Source: Oopsacas minuta (lineage: Eukaryota > Animalia > Porifera). From it: DNA of 64,000 bases. Where the stretch lies: assembly GCA_024704765.1 (NCBI GenBank), contig JAKMXF010000301.1, forward strand, positions 53,945-117,944. The letters run 5' to 3'. Below, piece by piece: positions 37,391-50,967 of the stretch. A model generated the notes under the pieces. The model was not told the DNA's origin. It did not search any database and saw nothing but the letters and a program-made list of their open reading frames with translations. Position 1 is the stretch's first letter, and each line of letters starts with the position of its first letter. Position numbers and translations under genes: made by a program.

Positions 37391-38706
37391 CAGGGTGGCT
37401 GTTAAGTTCTGTCCCATGCAAAAACTATTATTTATCAATATATATATATATTTATATATATAGCATGATAATGATATTTATTGTTCTAATTTATGATTCA
37501 GAGCAAAACATATTTCGCGAAATTTATTCAATATAGCCACCCTCATTTGTATTACGCGTGTAATTCTATCTGGCATGGCCTCAATTGCAGCACGGAGGGT
37601 ATTTTGGGAATTTTATTCCACTCTTGGCAAAGTTTCCTCTTCAGTGACTTGATACTAGTGTGAGAGTTAACACAAGCTTTCGTCTCGAGAATTGGCCGCA
37701 CAGAATAATCCATGGGATTTAGGTCAGGACTGTAAGGAGGCCATTCTTCCTTGGTTATACAACCAGGAAAAATCGTCATGTAAACCATGACTGGGTAACA
37801 TTAGAAGTGTGTGCTGGCGCCCCGTCTTGCTAAAAACAAATGAAGCACCTCCGAACATGTCTCCGCCTATATTCTTCAATACTGGCTCCGAAACCATTTC
37901 TCGATAATTAATTGAATTGATTTTTATCCCTTGTGGTACAAAAACCAATGGTGTCCGGCCCATTTTGACACCCCTGCCCAAACCATCACCCACTTAGGGT
38001 TCCGTATTCGGCTAACATATCTGAACTTCTCGTCGACGTTGGAAGGAGATGATGTAAGTATACGATCATTGTGTACGTTGGTTGCCTCCTGGATAGTGAA
38101 TATTTTCTCATCTGAAAATAAAATTTTTCTAGAATTTCAACAGCGTACCGGCCCAGCGCACCTTTGCATCTTGCAACCCTTTTTCCTTTACCAATTGAGA
38201 AAGGAAGCGTACCTTCTTACGCTTGAATGAACTCTCCCTAAATCCCTTTTCACAATATTAGTCATTGCACATCTTGATACTTTCAGATCTAGAGCCATTT
38301 TCCTTATGGAACGTCTAGTATTTCGGCGAATACGCTGGGCGATGACTTTCCTTAAGCTGGGGGTGGTTACTGAGCACGGACGGCCTGATCTCGCCCTATC
38401 TTCAACTCTTCCAGTATCCTTGTATCGCCTAATAGTGGGTACACAAATTTCCTTTTGTTTAGAGGGAGTTTAAGATCTTCAAAATTTCCCTTGAAGGATG
38501 TCCTTTTGTAAATAATCCTACAATTGCTGACCTCTCACGTTCCATCACTAATAAAATTGAAATTTTCTACAATTGTACTCTGAAACTGTATATTTATGTT
38601 AAATACAGTAGAATAAGGTAAACTAATAAGATATATTTAATAGCAGAGACTCAGCATGGAAAAATGGTTCGTATAAATCATGAGACAGAACTGAAAAGCC
38701 ACACTG
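37391..38706 (-). mobile_element. maT-family (DD37D-like) transposon (1316 bp), defective; different family from the 3994 element
   Basis: 28-bp imperfect TIR CAGGGTGGCTGTTAAGTTCTGTCCCATG, TA TSD. Fragments TPLVFVPQGIKINSINY, QDGAPAH, EEWPPYSPDLNPMDYSV. Confidence 0.88.
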
Positions 38707-39099
38707 TATGACTGTTGTATGACAGATTTACTACTATGACAGTTTTACTACCTCTATTACTGGTACCATGGATAATCTAAATCCATCACTGAGTTACTAC
38801 TTTACATGTCTATTTTTCTTGAAATGACATAATAGGCGTGAATAAAATTTATTCAATAATATGGGTTGGTAATAATTGATTCAACACAATACACTCAAAT
38901 CATGTGTACACATGACCATAAAACTATATATCCAGATACAAGTATAGCAACTATGAGGAACAGGTTAAGGAAGCGAATAGAGCAATTGTTGGGTGTTTGA
39001 TATTATCTGAGTTGCAACATTTCGAACTCAATGAATCACCAGATTGGCCACATATTTCACAAGCTAAACTCTGCGGAGTCTAATCTCACAAAAACAGCA

Positions 39100-40840
39100 A
39101 TTCGATTAATGTAGAAAGTATTTTTCATCGCCAAATGTTCCCAATAATTTCGAACAAGTTTGTTCTAAGATTCTGTACCATCTTCAGAGAAATCCTCCAA
39201 GCAGAATCCAACAATGGACTCTCGAAGTAACTCCTCAGAGTGGGCTGATATTTTGTGTAAAGTTGGTGTGATACTTGCGCAGGAAATGAATCTATAATCA
39301 AAAGAAAGGTATTTTTACACAGATTCCCCATCCGAAATGTTGACTTCGAGCTTAAATTACATACTTTGAGGATTGTAGAAAGTTATGTATGGCTGTTCGT
39401 TAAAGCAGGTCGATTGTCAATTGCAATGGTAGATAATAAAGAATTGAGGTAATCAGTTTCGTCAAAAAGGCCCTTCGAGAAACATTCTCTGTAGAAGTCG
39501 TTCCACTTCTACAGGGAATGTGAGAGGTGAAAACAAAACAATATGAAAATTTTGTGCTGTGTTGGTGTGATGCTGGTTATAGATAGGATGACAACACCTG
39601 TTACAAAATAAATGATAACCTAGACCGTTGTTGTTTTAAGGAAATCATGAACAATGGCTTTCCAGAACGAAAGTGATGATACAAATGAAGATTGAAGACA
39701 AATTTTCTTAGGCATCGAATTTCTGAAGCCCACCACTCATTCATCAATTCAGCTATTGATAGTTTGGATGTTTTCAGATTAACTTGAACAATTTCCACAT
39801 ACGAAGTAACTGACTATCTCACTACTTTTGTACGAATACAGTTACCATAATAAAGTATCAGATACAATATTCATCATAATAAATAACTAGTTGCCAAGCA
39901 ACAGAAAATATAGAATGGAATTCATACATAAAATTATCTTGCGTATTGGAGCTCATTTACATAACTGAATAACTCTTGAAAATTCAAAGCTATGTGATAT
40001 TACATGCATGATTACGGCCTCTTCAAATATAGGAAATAATTGAAGAGGCAACAAAAAATTTCTGGAAATAAAGGATTAAATCTGGAAACTTGGAAATATT
40101 ATCGAAGGGATTAAACATTCATATTGAATGAGCAAATGTGATATTTGGGATATGGAAGAAGAAATAACAAAATAAAAAAATCAACCAGATTGAATTTGTA
40201 GAATATTTTCCAGTAGCGAGTATAAATTTAGTAATGAAAATTCTATCTACCTTGACAAGCCAGGTATGCACTATAGGTATTCAATCACATTATTTTTTGG
40301 ATTGCATAGTAAGTAAGTAAAGGTAAACATATTCGAAAATCAAAAACACAATTCTAGGACTGTGAACTTTTCCCTATACAGTGCCCAAATACTGCTCAAT
40401 CAGCCATTTTTAAGCCCGTTGGTTTGCATAAAATGTACATTAAACAGGCTAAGACTAGCTGGTTTATTGCATCCATTCAAGCTAGCAATTGGCGCGAATA
40501 GGTATCCTCTCAATTAGTTATTTATCTCTTTGAAAATATCTTTGTCGATATTCCAAAGCCTATATTAAAAGTACAACCAATTCACACATTTTCCTCAAAC
40601 AGGGACCTCCCAAATCCTGGCACCTCCCTAATCCGTGCAACATTTTGACAAAGAGATTTCTTCTGTTGTACTTCATGCTTAACAAGTATCTTAGTACACA
40701 TACTCGCAGCAATAATAATGGTATTTGAATACTCTGGGTATTGCCTACCCCAGTACATATATTTTGTAGCGTTCAGAGCAAACATCGAAGAGTGAATATC
40801 ATAATGTTTTGTGCCACATGTCGCAGAAGTAGCACATCAC
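39100..40840 (-). pseudogene. Third RAG1-like/Transib transposase remnant (heavily degenerate)
   Basis: Across frames: SGTTSTENVSRR (39470-39510), ASITPTLHKISAH (39241-39280), LEDFSEDGTES*NKLVRNYWEHLA (39130-39200), colinear with the other two copies. Weaker N-terminal similarity at 40580-40840 (TLRCFALN..SMCTKILVK vs TLAALALE..QVCKEIINK). A CACAGTG at 36723 may be its 3' end; no matching 5' end or TSD found. Confidence 0.65.
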
Positions 40841-43075
40841 TGGAATTTTAAAATTAAAGAGTGATATAATATGAAATACAATTGAGGTATTAAATAGGAC
40901 ATTTGCATATTTTCTATCTTGTAATACAGTTGATTTCTGAATTTTTGGCAATACCAAAGTCATGAATGTACAAATCTGATATAATCCAACTCTGTCACTC
41001 CCCAAATTAAATATTGGAGTATTACAGACACAAGAAAATTAAATAAGACATACGAAATTAATCATTTCATGTTAAATATTCACTATTGCCCTTCGCATTC
41101 TAGGTCACTGCGTGACAACTTAGTGCATTAGGCTAGCTCAAGTATTAATTCAACAGCAAATTTCTAGTTGCTTATGTTTGCCCCGCGACTGAGTATACTT
41201 GGCACGACGTGCCTCTGGTATAGGTTTTTGCGGAAATGTTACATATTATTAGCAATAATTTATCGAAAATAGATTTATCAGCCCTCTGTGATAATATTTG
41301 AACTGCTAAGGGGAAATTAGGTACTGATCCGGGCACTTTGTGGCTCTAGTAATATGGAAAACTAAAAAAAATGAAATTCAGGAATTTCTGTATTATTCGT
41401 GAAGTCCGGTTGACATAATAATCCCATTATGAGTTTCCAAATGGCCCAAATCATGAAGTCAGATCATTTGATAAACTGAGGGGTACATGCTAAGTTGTGT
41501 GATAAGTCTTTTTATGAAGAGGTGTTCCGTATAATACATATTATATGTTCAATATACAATTTTTGGCCACGGAACTTCCATTGGGCTGATTGCTGAAATG
41601 TACAGTGAAAGGGCAAAAATATTCGATCACTTATCGTATTTAATACTAAGTATATCAAACTAAAATCCAATTACTCTGATATTTAAATAATTATTAGTCA
41701 TAATGCAAAGAATAAGTGTGAAACAGATTTAATTATGTAGACTGATGGATATCGATGTATAAGAATATCTTAGTTATGTGGGCGAATCCGAATAGAACAA
41801 AATATTTGCAATTCTGAAATGGTCGAATACTTTTGTTCTTTGATTGTAGATTTTGGAAGAAAACAGAAATAATCAAATTGTTAATGAGAAACATCAGCAT
41901 AGTTAACAAAATTATATAATTATTGATAATAATGTGATTTATACAAGTCTAAAAATGTCAAAATCTCCTTTTTCGAGATTAAAGTAGAAGTAAAATAAAT
42001 TCAAATAGATGACGTATAACGTATCATACTTTCAATAGTAATTATACGTTATACGCGTATTATATAACTTGGGGTACATGTGATTCAATTTTAACGTTCT
42101 ATCACATATATTGGCGAGAGAAATTCACACTTATAGCGAAAGAATGACTTCATTGTCAGTACTTCATCATAGGAATTTAGCAATTTAATACTCATCAAGA
42201 AATCTAGCTATTTCAGCATCTTTATTATGGTTACGCGACAAATGTTGTGTAAAAGGGCGCAAATGACTGCTTCCTGACACAGCAATATTCAAATTACTAT
42301 ACTATAACTGAATACGGCCGAAGTGTTACGTTCGTACTAAAAAAGAACAATAAAATTTACCACTTCCTATTAACAAATTCCCGCACTCAAATCGAGATTT
42401 CTTGACATTCTGAAGTCAATAAATCACAAATTTCCCGAGCATATTCTGTCAAACTTTTTGTATGGAAAATTTTTGGGTACGCATAATTTGGATAGGAGAG
42501 TGTATATCAAATATATTTACAAATCAATGGCGATGTAATAGCATTGATTAATAATTATCATTCCAATTATATGATAAATACAGGGAATTACAAAAGGCAT
42601 CCAATAGTGCTAAGTGTACTTATATAACAACGGCAAAAGGGGTTGTTACATTTATACCTCAAGTTTAAAGCGAAAAGGGGAAATAAAGAGAATAATACTT
42701 ACAAAGAGAATACGTATAAAAAATAATATCTCACCCAATAGTACTCCAAAAACTTCAAAGAACATTCGAAAAAGCGTGGCGGAATCTCTAAAACTAAGAT
42801 TATCTGAGAGAGACACAATTAAAGCAGCAAAAGGAAGGTGATATACGGTAGTAAAAGTTTCAAATAGCAAGTATATAACAAAATAATAGAAGAAAGAATA
42901 AATTGAGCTTGAAAATGAAAATACCTGAATGGAAAAAATATTGATGATGAAATGGTGCACATATAAATGAATGGGTGTATGGACTACTTAATACTCTCCC
43001 CTGAATGTCAAAGAGAACGCTAGAAATATAATGGTCCAACTGGAAATTGTTAAAATCATTTATGGAGAGAATATA

Positions 43076-44332
43076 CAACGGGTGTTCAAAAGTTCTCAAC
43101 CCTACCCGATACTATTGTAACTATACAGAATACACATGTACAATTGTTATATTTTCTCGACATATTCACCATTAACGTCAATGACTCGTTGTAGAGGATC
43201 CAGCCATAAAAAATACATTTTTATAGTCTCCGCGCGGAATGCCTTAGGGATCTCCAAATTGCGTTCCCAAAGTCGATTATGGTATCAAAATTGCCTACCT
43301 GCAAGGTCCTTTTTCAACTTGTAAAGAGCCAGAAATTACAAAGAGTGAGATCAGGTGAGTAGGGTGGGTGATCTAGCTCGACAACTCTCATTGAATCCAA
43401 CTCTGACTCTACGAGCTTAGTTTTATGCGGCCGTGCATTATCGTGCAATAACCGCATGTCCCGCGGTCCAAACTTTGGCCTCAATTCTCCGGTAATTGTC
43501 TTCCCCTTTGGTATTATAATCTGAGCACCTGGGCCATGTTCATCAATTAAATTTAGTTCAAGACTTTCTGAACTCTGAAGTCCGGCCTAGGATTGAAAGG
43601 AGGTGCCTCACCTTTTACGGCCCATTCCATATTTCTTTCTTTGGATAGCGGCTCGTCGTGTCTTATCCAAGTCTCGTCACCAAGTAATGATTGCTACCAG
43701 CCTTCTTCGATCAGAGTCTTTATACTCAAAGAGCATTTCTTTTGCATAAGTTACCCGACGGTCCTTTTGGTCCTTTGTAAGGGAATGCGGGACCCACCTC
43801 GAACAAATTTTGAAACTTTCTGTTCATCGATAAGTATAGAATGAACAACTCCAGTTGAGACCCCTACACTCATAGCTAACTCGTGAACAGTGATATGAGG
43901 ATCTTCTTCCACTCTCGAGAGAATTTCAGAGGTGTTACTGCTAGTGACGGCGGTACTTAGACACTTAATTCGTTCCTCATCTTCCAGTGCCTCTAGTCCT
44001 TCACAGTAGTATATGAAGACTAACATCTCCATAAACGACTTCTAAGTCAATGAGAATATCCTTCGGGCCAATACCCAGAAGGGTGCGAATTTGGTTATAG
44101 GAGTATTTGCTCAATTTCAAATTTGAAGCCATTAACACTGGAAAATACAAGGATAGTCAAAACTGAGAATTTTGAAATAATCTTACTAGAAAACTATTGA
44201 CGAAATGGTGAAAGTTAAAATAGTTCTGAAAAGATAATTGAAGAAGGTTCGTCATGAAAACAGATACGTAACATAACATCCTATATCTTCAAATTCTATT
44301 ACCAAGGTCTGGAACATTTTGAACGCCCGTTG
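43076..44332 (-). mobile_element. mariner (DD34D) transposon (1257 bp), defective
   Basis: TIR CAACGGG(T/C)GTTCAAAA, TA TSD on both sides. Fragments EDPHITVHELA..GVSTGVVHSIL and LLHDNARPH..LDHPPYSPDLTLCNFWLF. Confidence 0.88.
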
Positions 44333-44569
44333 TAGCATGCTAGGGCTTTGGCTTGAATTAAAAGCAAAAGGAATATAATACAAAATGCTGTGTTAAATGT
44401 AAAATATAATTCCTTTTGATGCGTTTTTGAAAATATAATAAATATTTGAACAATTAGTACTGGTTTACAAACAATAGTTATGCAGTGTTCTGTGTTTGAA
44501 CCTGTGGAAGGCCAGTTGAATATACTGTTCACTTTACCAGTGCCACATCATTTTTCTTGTTATCACTAA

Positions 44570-45300
44570 TTTTGTGACTGTGCCGATAATAATTTAGTAT
44601 AGTGGCCAATTATTAAAATGGTTGCCTATATTTATTTTCTCTGTGCCCCCCTGCAGCCAAAACTAGCTAGAATTTAGGTGATATATGGTGTGAGAAATGG
44701 ATATTCGTCGGGTTTGCTTCTGCCCTCTGTTAATCGATAGCACTGTTTCACACTGGTAAAAACTTTTGTATTGTGTCTAGCAAAAATATAACAAATGGTG
44801 GCAAAATTTTCACACCACTCACAGAGAAAAATTCTACCCATTTGTACTAGAATGTATATATTAGTTGTATATTTTTGCAGAAGGGAAATGAAAAATATTC
44901 ATTATATAGCACTATGTCATCGGTAATAATTATATGTTCATAGATGTTAAATATTTATTAGTTAAACAATAAGTTCTTCTCATGCTGCATTCAATATCGA
45001 TTGATTGATATCCAAGTATAATAATAGCTTTAATTATTTATAACAAATTGATCAATATATGGACTGGATGATCATAGAAATAGTAAATATATTGTTTGAT
45101 AGATTATATACCAGAGCGGAGCCAGGAAATATATATAATTACAACCTGTTCCGACAGCTTCTATTAATTAATAATATTTCAAAAGTGACACACTTAATTG
45201 GAGGCACTATATATATTTGGGGTTAAATCTAAACTTTCGTATTGCTTCCAATTAATAGTGTCACTTTTATAAAAATGTATTAATAGACAAAGCTGTAGGC
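44570..45300. repeat. Copy 1 of a diverged direct duplication (partner about 49430-50390)
   Basis: Colinear similarity throughout, including an identical 43-bp block (44889-44931 = 49769-49811) and a shared hairpin. Confidence 0.8.
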
Positions 45301-45930
45301 ACAGGTCGTAATTATATAGTTTTGTAATGATTTTGGTATTGTTTTGCTTCACGACTGTTTCAAATATGCTACAATGAGTACCCATAACATGTTAGAGCTA
45401 GGAAATATAACCTATAAATGTATTTCGGGATAACTCAACTATAATTTTCCAATACTCTTCAATAATAGCCAAAATCAAAAATATTAACCAAAGATAATGC
45501 TATACCTTTCCTAACTATTTGTAATGTATATTTTCAATATATTTAGTGCATACTCGATAATCAATTACACATAATATTCTATATTCTTCCAAAACATGAC
45601 TGATTATATAGTAATTCCAAATATATCATAATTGGAATAGATAGTATGTAAGGTTCTTGGAGCGTTTCTGATAATTGCAACATCCTTCTATGAAAAAACA
45701 GTAAATATTAAGAAAATTATGCCTAGATATTATTGGAAATCTTTGTACTTGATTTGCCATGGTGCCAATTTCAAGAAAAATTAATCATTTGGGAACCTAT
45801 TATATATTTCAAGATAACACGTTGCTTGCTACCACACATCTAAAGTCTACAGTAAATATTCCCTGAGAGAGTGGGAAATATCAAGTTACAGTTGCAATAA
45901 ATATTTTTCGTCTTCTTGATGCCGTAAAGG

Positions 45931-46309
45931 CAGAGATGCAAATGTGTCATTGACCCACGGGTTAATGAGTCAGATGGGTCGATGAGTAATGGGTCATGGC
46001 CCTCCAGTACTTATATGCACTTTTTTGTACTTGGAAAAAAACAACGAAGGTATATGCGATTTGCTACACATTGAATGTCTAAAAGGTACTAGTATTATCA
46101 ACAATTATGTTTTGTCACACGGTAATATTATTGTCGAGAATTGAGTAATGCAGAAATTGATTTGTAATTGCATTTCAACACACTTCTAGTTATTCTAATC
46201 CAAGGAACATGAATCTCTTGGTATCAAACTATGTTGCGTTTCAAAAGTTAATGGGTCAAGATGGTCATATGGGTCACGGTTCACTTTGTATGACCCATTT
46301 GTAGCTCTG
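45931..46309. mobile_element. hAT-type MITE (379 bp)
   Basis: 20-bp imperfect TIR CAGAGATGCAAATGTGTCAT / CAGAGCTACAAATGGGTCAT (16/20); 8-bp flanks CGTAAAGG / CATAAAGG (7/8); TGGGTCA subterminal repeats. Confidence 0.75.
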
Positions 46310-48977
46310 CATAAAGGGCTGTGTAAAAGCAGTAGCGTTGCCAGGATTTGCAAACATGGGATGCAGAGGGGGTGCAGAATGGGAGAAGGTGGTGGGAAGG
46401 GGGTCGAATGTAAAACATACACCAGCAGAATTGTAGTTAGCTGGCGTGTAATCTAAGTACAGTAGTAAAATAGCCTTTAAAAAATGAACATATTTGCTAA
46501 ATATACACATTAGTCAAGTTAAGGACCAAATGCAAATCCAGCGTATGAAAAGGAGATATTAATTGAAAGATTTCAATTTGGTTGAGTGATAATCCGAGTA
46601 TGATCGGTAATAAACTTTCCGTAACTTGCACACATATCGACCCTCTAGATGATCTATAAATATAATTATACTATATCAAATCTACAGCTTCTGAATTTCT
46701 TGGTGTATTGCATACTGACATACACGATGTAAATTATAATTTAATCATTTCATAGATATGAATAGATTCATTTAGTGTAACGCGTTCTTGGTAACTGCAA
46801 CAAATATGTATGCCAAAATGCCGAGAAAAATTGTAGTCAAATATTCTTTGGTGATGAATTTGAAACTTTTCAAAATGATGACGTCAGGAAATTTAGCACA
46901 GTGTGGGATACCTATGATTCAAATTTCAACCATCTATAATGTATAATGGCTGAACAGTGGGTAATAAGGTGATTTTTCAAAATTCCAAAAGGTGACAATC
47001 GCGTCCTAACTTCCTCATAGGTGTAAATTTCGTCCATGACTCAAAAAGTCCAGGCCAAGCCAAAAATAGCCTATATGCCAAAATCAACCATTGGGTCCTA
47101 CAGTTTCATCAATCAATTCTGAACATACAGATATATACGTATTCATAAATATTTGCTAAATAAGAGACATGGAAAGGATAGTAAAATGCGATAAGGAGGA
47201 AAGTGTTACTATTCGGTAAATGAATAGTGACAATAAAGAAATTTGGTAATAATGGCTATTATAGAAGTGGAAATATATTATAATATTGACACCTAACGAG
47301 AAAAATCCAAGCCATGAACATGATAGGGAAGTTTGAAAGTTTGCTAAAAGTTATTTGTCTGATATCTGAATTTGATAAACAACGATTGGGGATCCAGTGA
47401 TAAACAATGGAATACAATTTAGTGCGAAACAAGTTCAAAACTTGTTGTTGGCTAACCAAAGCCACCAAAATATATATTTGGTGGCGATTATCCACCATCT
47501 TGATAGTTTCGAAATACTCAGCATATAACCTCTATGTAGAATCAAAATATTTGGGTAGCTTAACCAAGCAATCAGTAGCATAATGTTAGCATAGGCCACC
47601 AAACAAACTAATTTATCGAGCATTGGTACATAGCATATACGCAACTATGCCAGAGCGAAACAGCCCAGAAAAAAATTTCCTGTTGAAAATACAACCAAAG
47701 CTAGAATGTATATAGGAAATAATTAACATTATACATCCAAGCACTATTTCTCTTGAGCAGCCGATTCTCAAAAATTTTCTATGTGCGGCACATTGATCAT
47801 CCGAACAGCAGGAAACATATTCACTACGGGAATTCAACAAAATATCTTTGGAGATTAAGGTGATATTCGAACAATTTTGTATAGAAATACAGTCAAACAG
47901 TCCAAAATACTAAATACTAGTTTAGTATGTGAACAAATAGTAGTGAAGGTAATTGCTCGAGGGAATTATTCTTCACTAGCAGTCTGGGGCACACTGTAAA
48001 TCCCTCATTGTGCATATTAATATGTTGTATACATTAGCACAGGTAACATTCAGAGGAATTCGCTACAAATAAATTTGGTCAGAACTTGGGCAAACGAATC
48101 TCAATTATGTGTTGTAAAATCCACAATACTTATGTAGAAAACCACAGTTTCAGCTAACACAACCTCCGTCTTTAGATAAAGCAATATAAACTCCTGAGAA
48201 GAGGTAATATAACATGATACTAAGTTTAAGATGCGAGCAAAGCAAACAGAAACTTACAGCATGAAATTTTAGCAATATTTCAATGTATTGACATTATTCT
48301 TTAGTACATTATGATGATATGTCACGTAGAATTTTCCTGTTTGGGGGATGGATATCCGATCAACTTCCTGGATCAGCCAATTAAATAGTGAATGTCAAAC
48401 ATCAAAATGCACACAAATTTCAGATATCACAATAATTTTTGGTTATCCTAACACCAAACAGAAAATTTAAAGAAGAGCTGTTCTGATTACTGACAGTATA
48501 CAAACAATGGAATGTGAAATATTTTGATTGTTCAATGATTGTAAATATTTAGAATTACAAAATGAGATTCCCTAAATAAAGCGCATGGGCTAGAAAAAAG
48601 CTTAATTGTTTGTTACAAATTCGATGGCAAGAATTCCCTTGGATACTTACGGCACATTTTGGGGGATAAAACAAATTCGGATATTTAGATTACATAAATA
48701 ATTTGTATTCCATATTGAAAATATCAAAAGAAAAATGTCTACGAAAATAATAAGCGAAGGACGCTCGTTATAGCAGCATGATATATCTCAGAGAATAGTA
48801 AAATGATGGCATATATAATAAGCAAATATCACCAATACATAGGAATAAATATGATCCATTGCTCATGAACGTGACAACTTTCCAATAGCAAAGAAAATAT
48901 TTTGGATGACAAGATCTTTAGATCAGTTAGTAAAATTCTTGAAATCGATAGTGACATAATTTGATTTTAAGAGAAGT

Positions 48978-49046
48978 CAGTGGCGGCGCTAGCGAGCCGC
49001 TACTGAGGGCGCAGGCCCTATCTGGCCCACCTTCGCGCCGCCTCTG
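48978..49046. repeat. 69-bp GC-rich inverted-repeat mini-element (hAT-like ends)
   Basis: CAGTGGCGGCGC ... GCGCCGCCTCTG (11/12). No TSD match. Confidence 0.45.
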
Positions 49047-49429
49047 ACGGAGGTCCAAATTTAACGTATTTTCGAGAGGACAGTAATCACATTTTCATTA
49101 ATTCCACTATTAACAAACTCGGATATTGTAATATCGCGGCCTGTTAAATCCCGGATATATTCAGAAAAATGTGGCAAAACGTATAGTTCCAAAATAATAT
49201 CATGTAATTCAGCAGTTCCCAACCAGGGTTCCAAGGACGCTTGATGGTCTACTGACGACAGAAGGGGAAATAAAGGATATGTCATATGATATTTTGAGAC
49301 GCATGGTATACTGAAACACTGATATGTGATAACCATGGATGTGCTATTAGAAATTACACAGTTTATATTCTGAGATACAGTAGTAGATTGAAACACCACT
49401 AAAAAGCAATACAAATTATATTTAGTTTT

Positions 49430-50390
49430 ACTATGCCGAATAAACTTTAGTATAGTGGCCCAGTATTGAATGGTTGACGAATTATATCTTGTTTTTCCCC
49501 ATAAAAGCTTGCAGCCAATAGTGGATAGAAATAAGGTGATAAATGGTGTGAGAAATATGAAGATATTCGTCGGGTGTGCTTCTCTCCTTTGCTAATCAAT
49601 CGGACACCAAGTGCCACTACTTCGCATGGTCAAACCTTTGTCTGGCCTCTAGCAAAAATTAAGAGAGGAAAGGTGCCAAAATTATCACACCTTTAGAAAG
49701 AAAAAATTCTACACCTTCCTACTCTTAAAGAATTTTCATATTGGCTATAGTTTTTTGCTGAAAGTAACTGAAAAATATTCATTATATAGCACTATGTCAT
49801 CGGTAATAATTCTATTATTCTTAGATGTCATATATATATTTTTTAAACAATAGGTACTTCTAGTGCTGTATATAATATGCATTCATTGAATATCTAAATT
49901 TAACAGTAGATGTAATCATTTCTATTAAACTTATAAATATAATATTTTCAAATTAACAATGGATAATTCAACAGACATGTATTTGCCAGATTATATAACC
50001 CATAATAGTAGAAAATTGTACTAAACAGCAAAAGGGGGTAACACAATACGCTGTTTCCGAATTTGACCCCAACGATGAAATCTTGTATCGATGAAATCTC
50101 CACCCGTATTCCCTTCTATTAATATTTTTTAGCCAATTGATAATTACTACAAACAACTTGAACATTATATGGGCTGGATGATATTAATAAGTTGTAAATA
50201 AATTGTTTGATGGATTTGAAATCCTCGTTCCGCTCGGAAAATATATAATTACAACCTATACCAACAGCTTAATCTATTAAATCAATGTTTAAAAGTGGTA
50301 CTATTAATTGGAAGCACTATATGTAATGGCATTAAAACTAACATTTCATAGTGCCCCCAATTAATAGTGCCCATTAAAACAAACAACTAA
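49430..50390. repeat. Copy 2 of the diverged direct duplication
   Basis: See copy 1. Carries an extra segment of roughly 250 bp at about 49900-50160. Confidence 0.8.
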
Positions 50391-50669
50391 ATAGACTAAG
50401 CTATCGCACAGGTTGGAATATTATATTTTTCATGTCAAATTGATGATGAAAATATAATGAGATTCTACCCAACTTCTTGAATCTCACTTCAGATCCGTGA
50501 AGAATAACTAGTGTCTGATACTGTATAATCAAGGGCAGCCGAAGAAGTATATTTCTGGTTATTATAAGTCTCAGTAGGCCCGATTGGACCAGAATCATGC
50601 TCACTATTGACAAGTTAGTGTCCATACGGGCTACTACTATATACCTCACCCAGACATCCAACAACAGTA

Positions 50670-50967
50670 CATAGACGCCGAAAGAGTATAATTCCCAAGG
50701 GGGCGGGAGCCTTGTGTAATTGTGTGGCTAATAATTCTCTGTATAAAAGCAATCAATAGAGTATATACAATTATACATTAATTTGACTCCGATTAATCGG
50801 GTCACATTGGGACTACACAATTTTTACCCGTTTAAGTGGAGCAATTTAATACACAGGTGACATATATAGTCACACAACAATATATAAAGTAATTATAAGG
50901 AAATCACGAAGGGGCAGACCCCCTTGACATGAGGCCCCTCCCGCTCCCTTAGTCTTCGGTGCCCATG
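50670..50967. mobile_element. Possible MITE with CATRG ends
   Basis: CATAGACGCCGAA at 50670 versus complement CATGGGCACCGAA ending 50967; AGTA on both flanks; GC-rich subterminal regions. Confidence 0.4.

Noticed and set aside
40900-41000. Kinase-like IHDFGIAK on the minus strand
   Set aside because: Isolated word with no other kinase subdomains; the region more likely belongs to the third RAG1-like remnant.
42614-43070. Lys-rich ORFs (SPNSTPKTSKN...)
   Set aside because: Low-complexity, stop-ridden sequence with no recognisable family motif.
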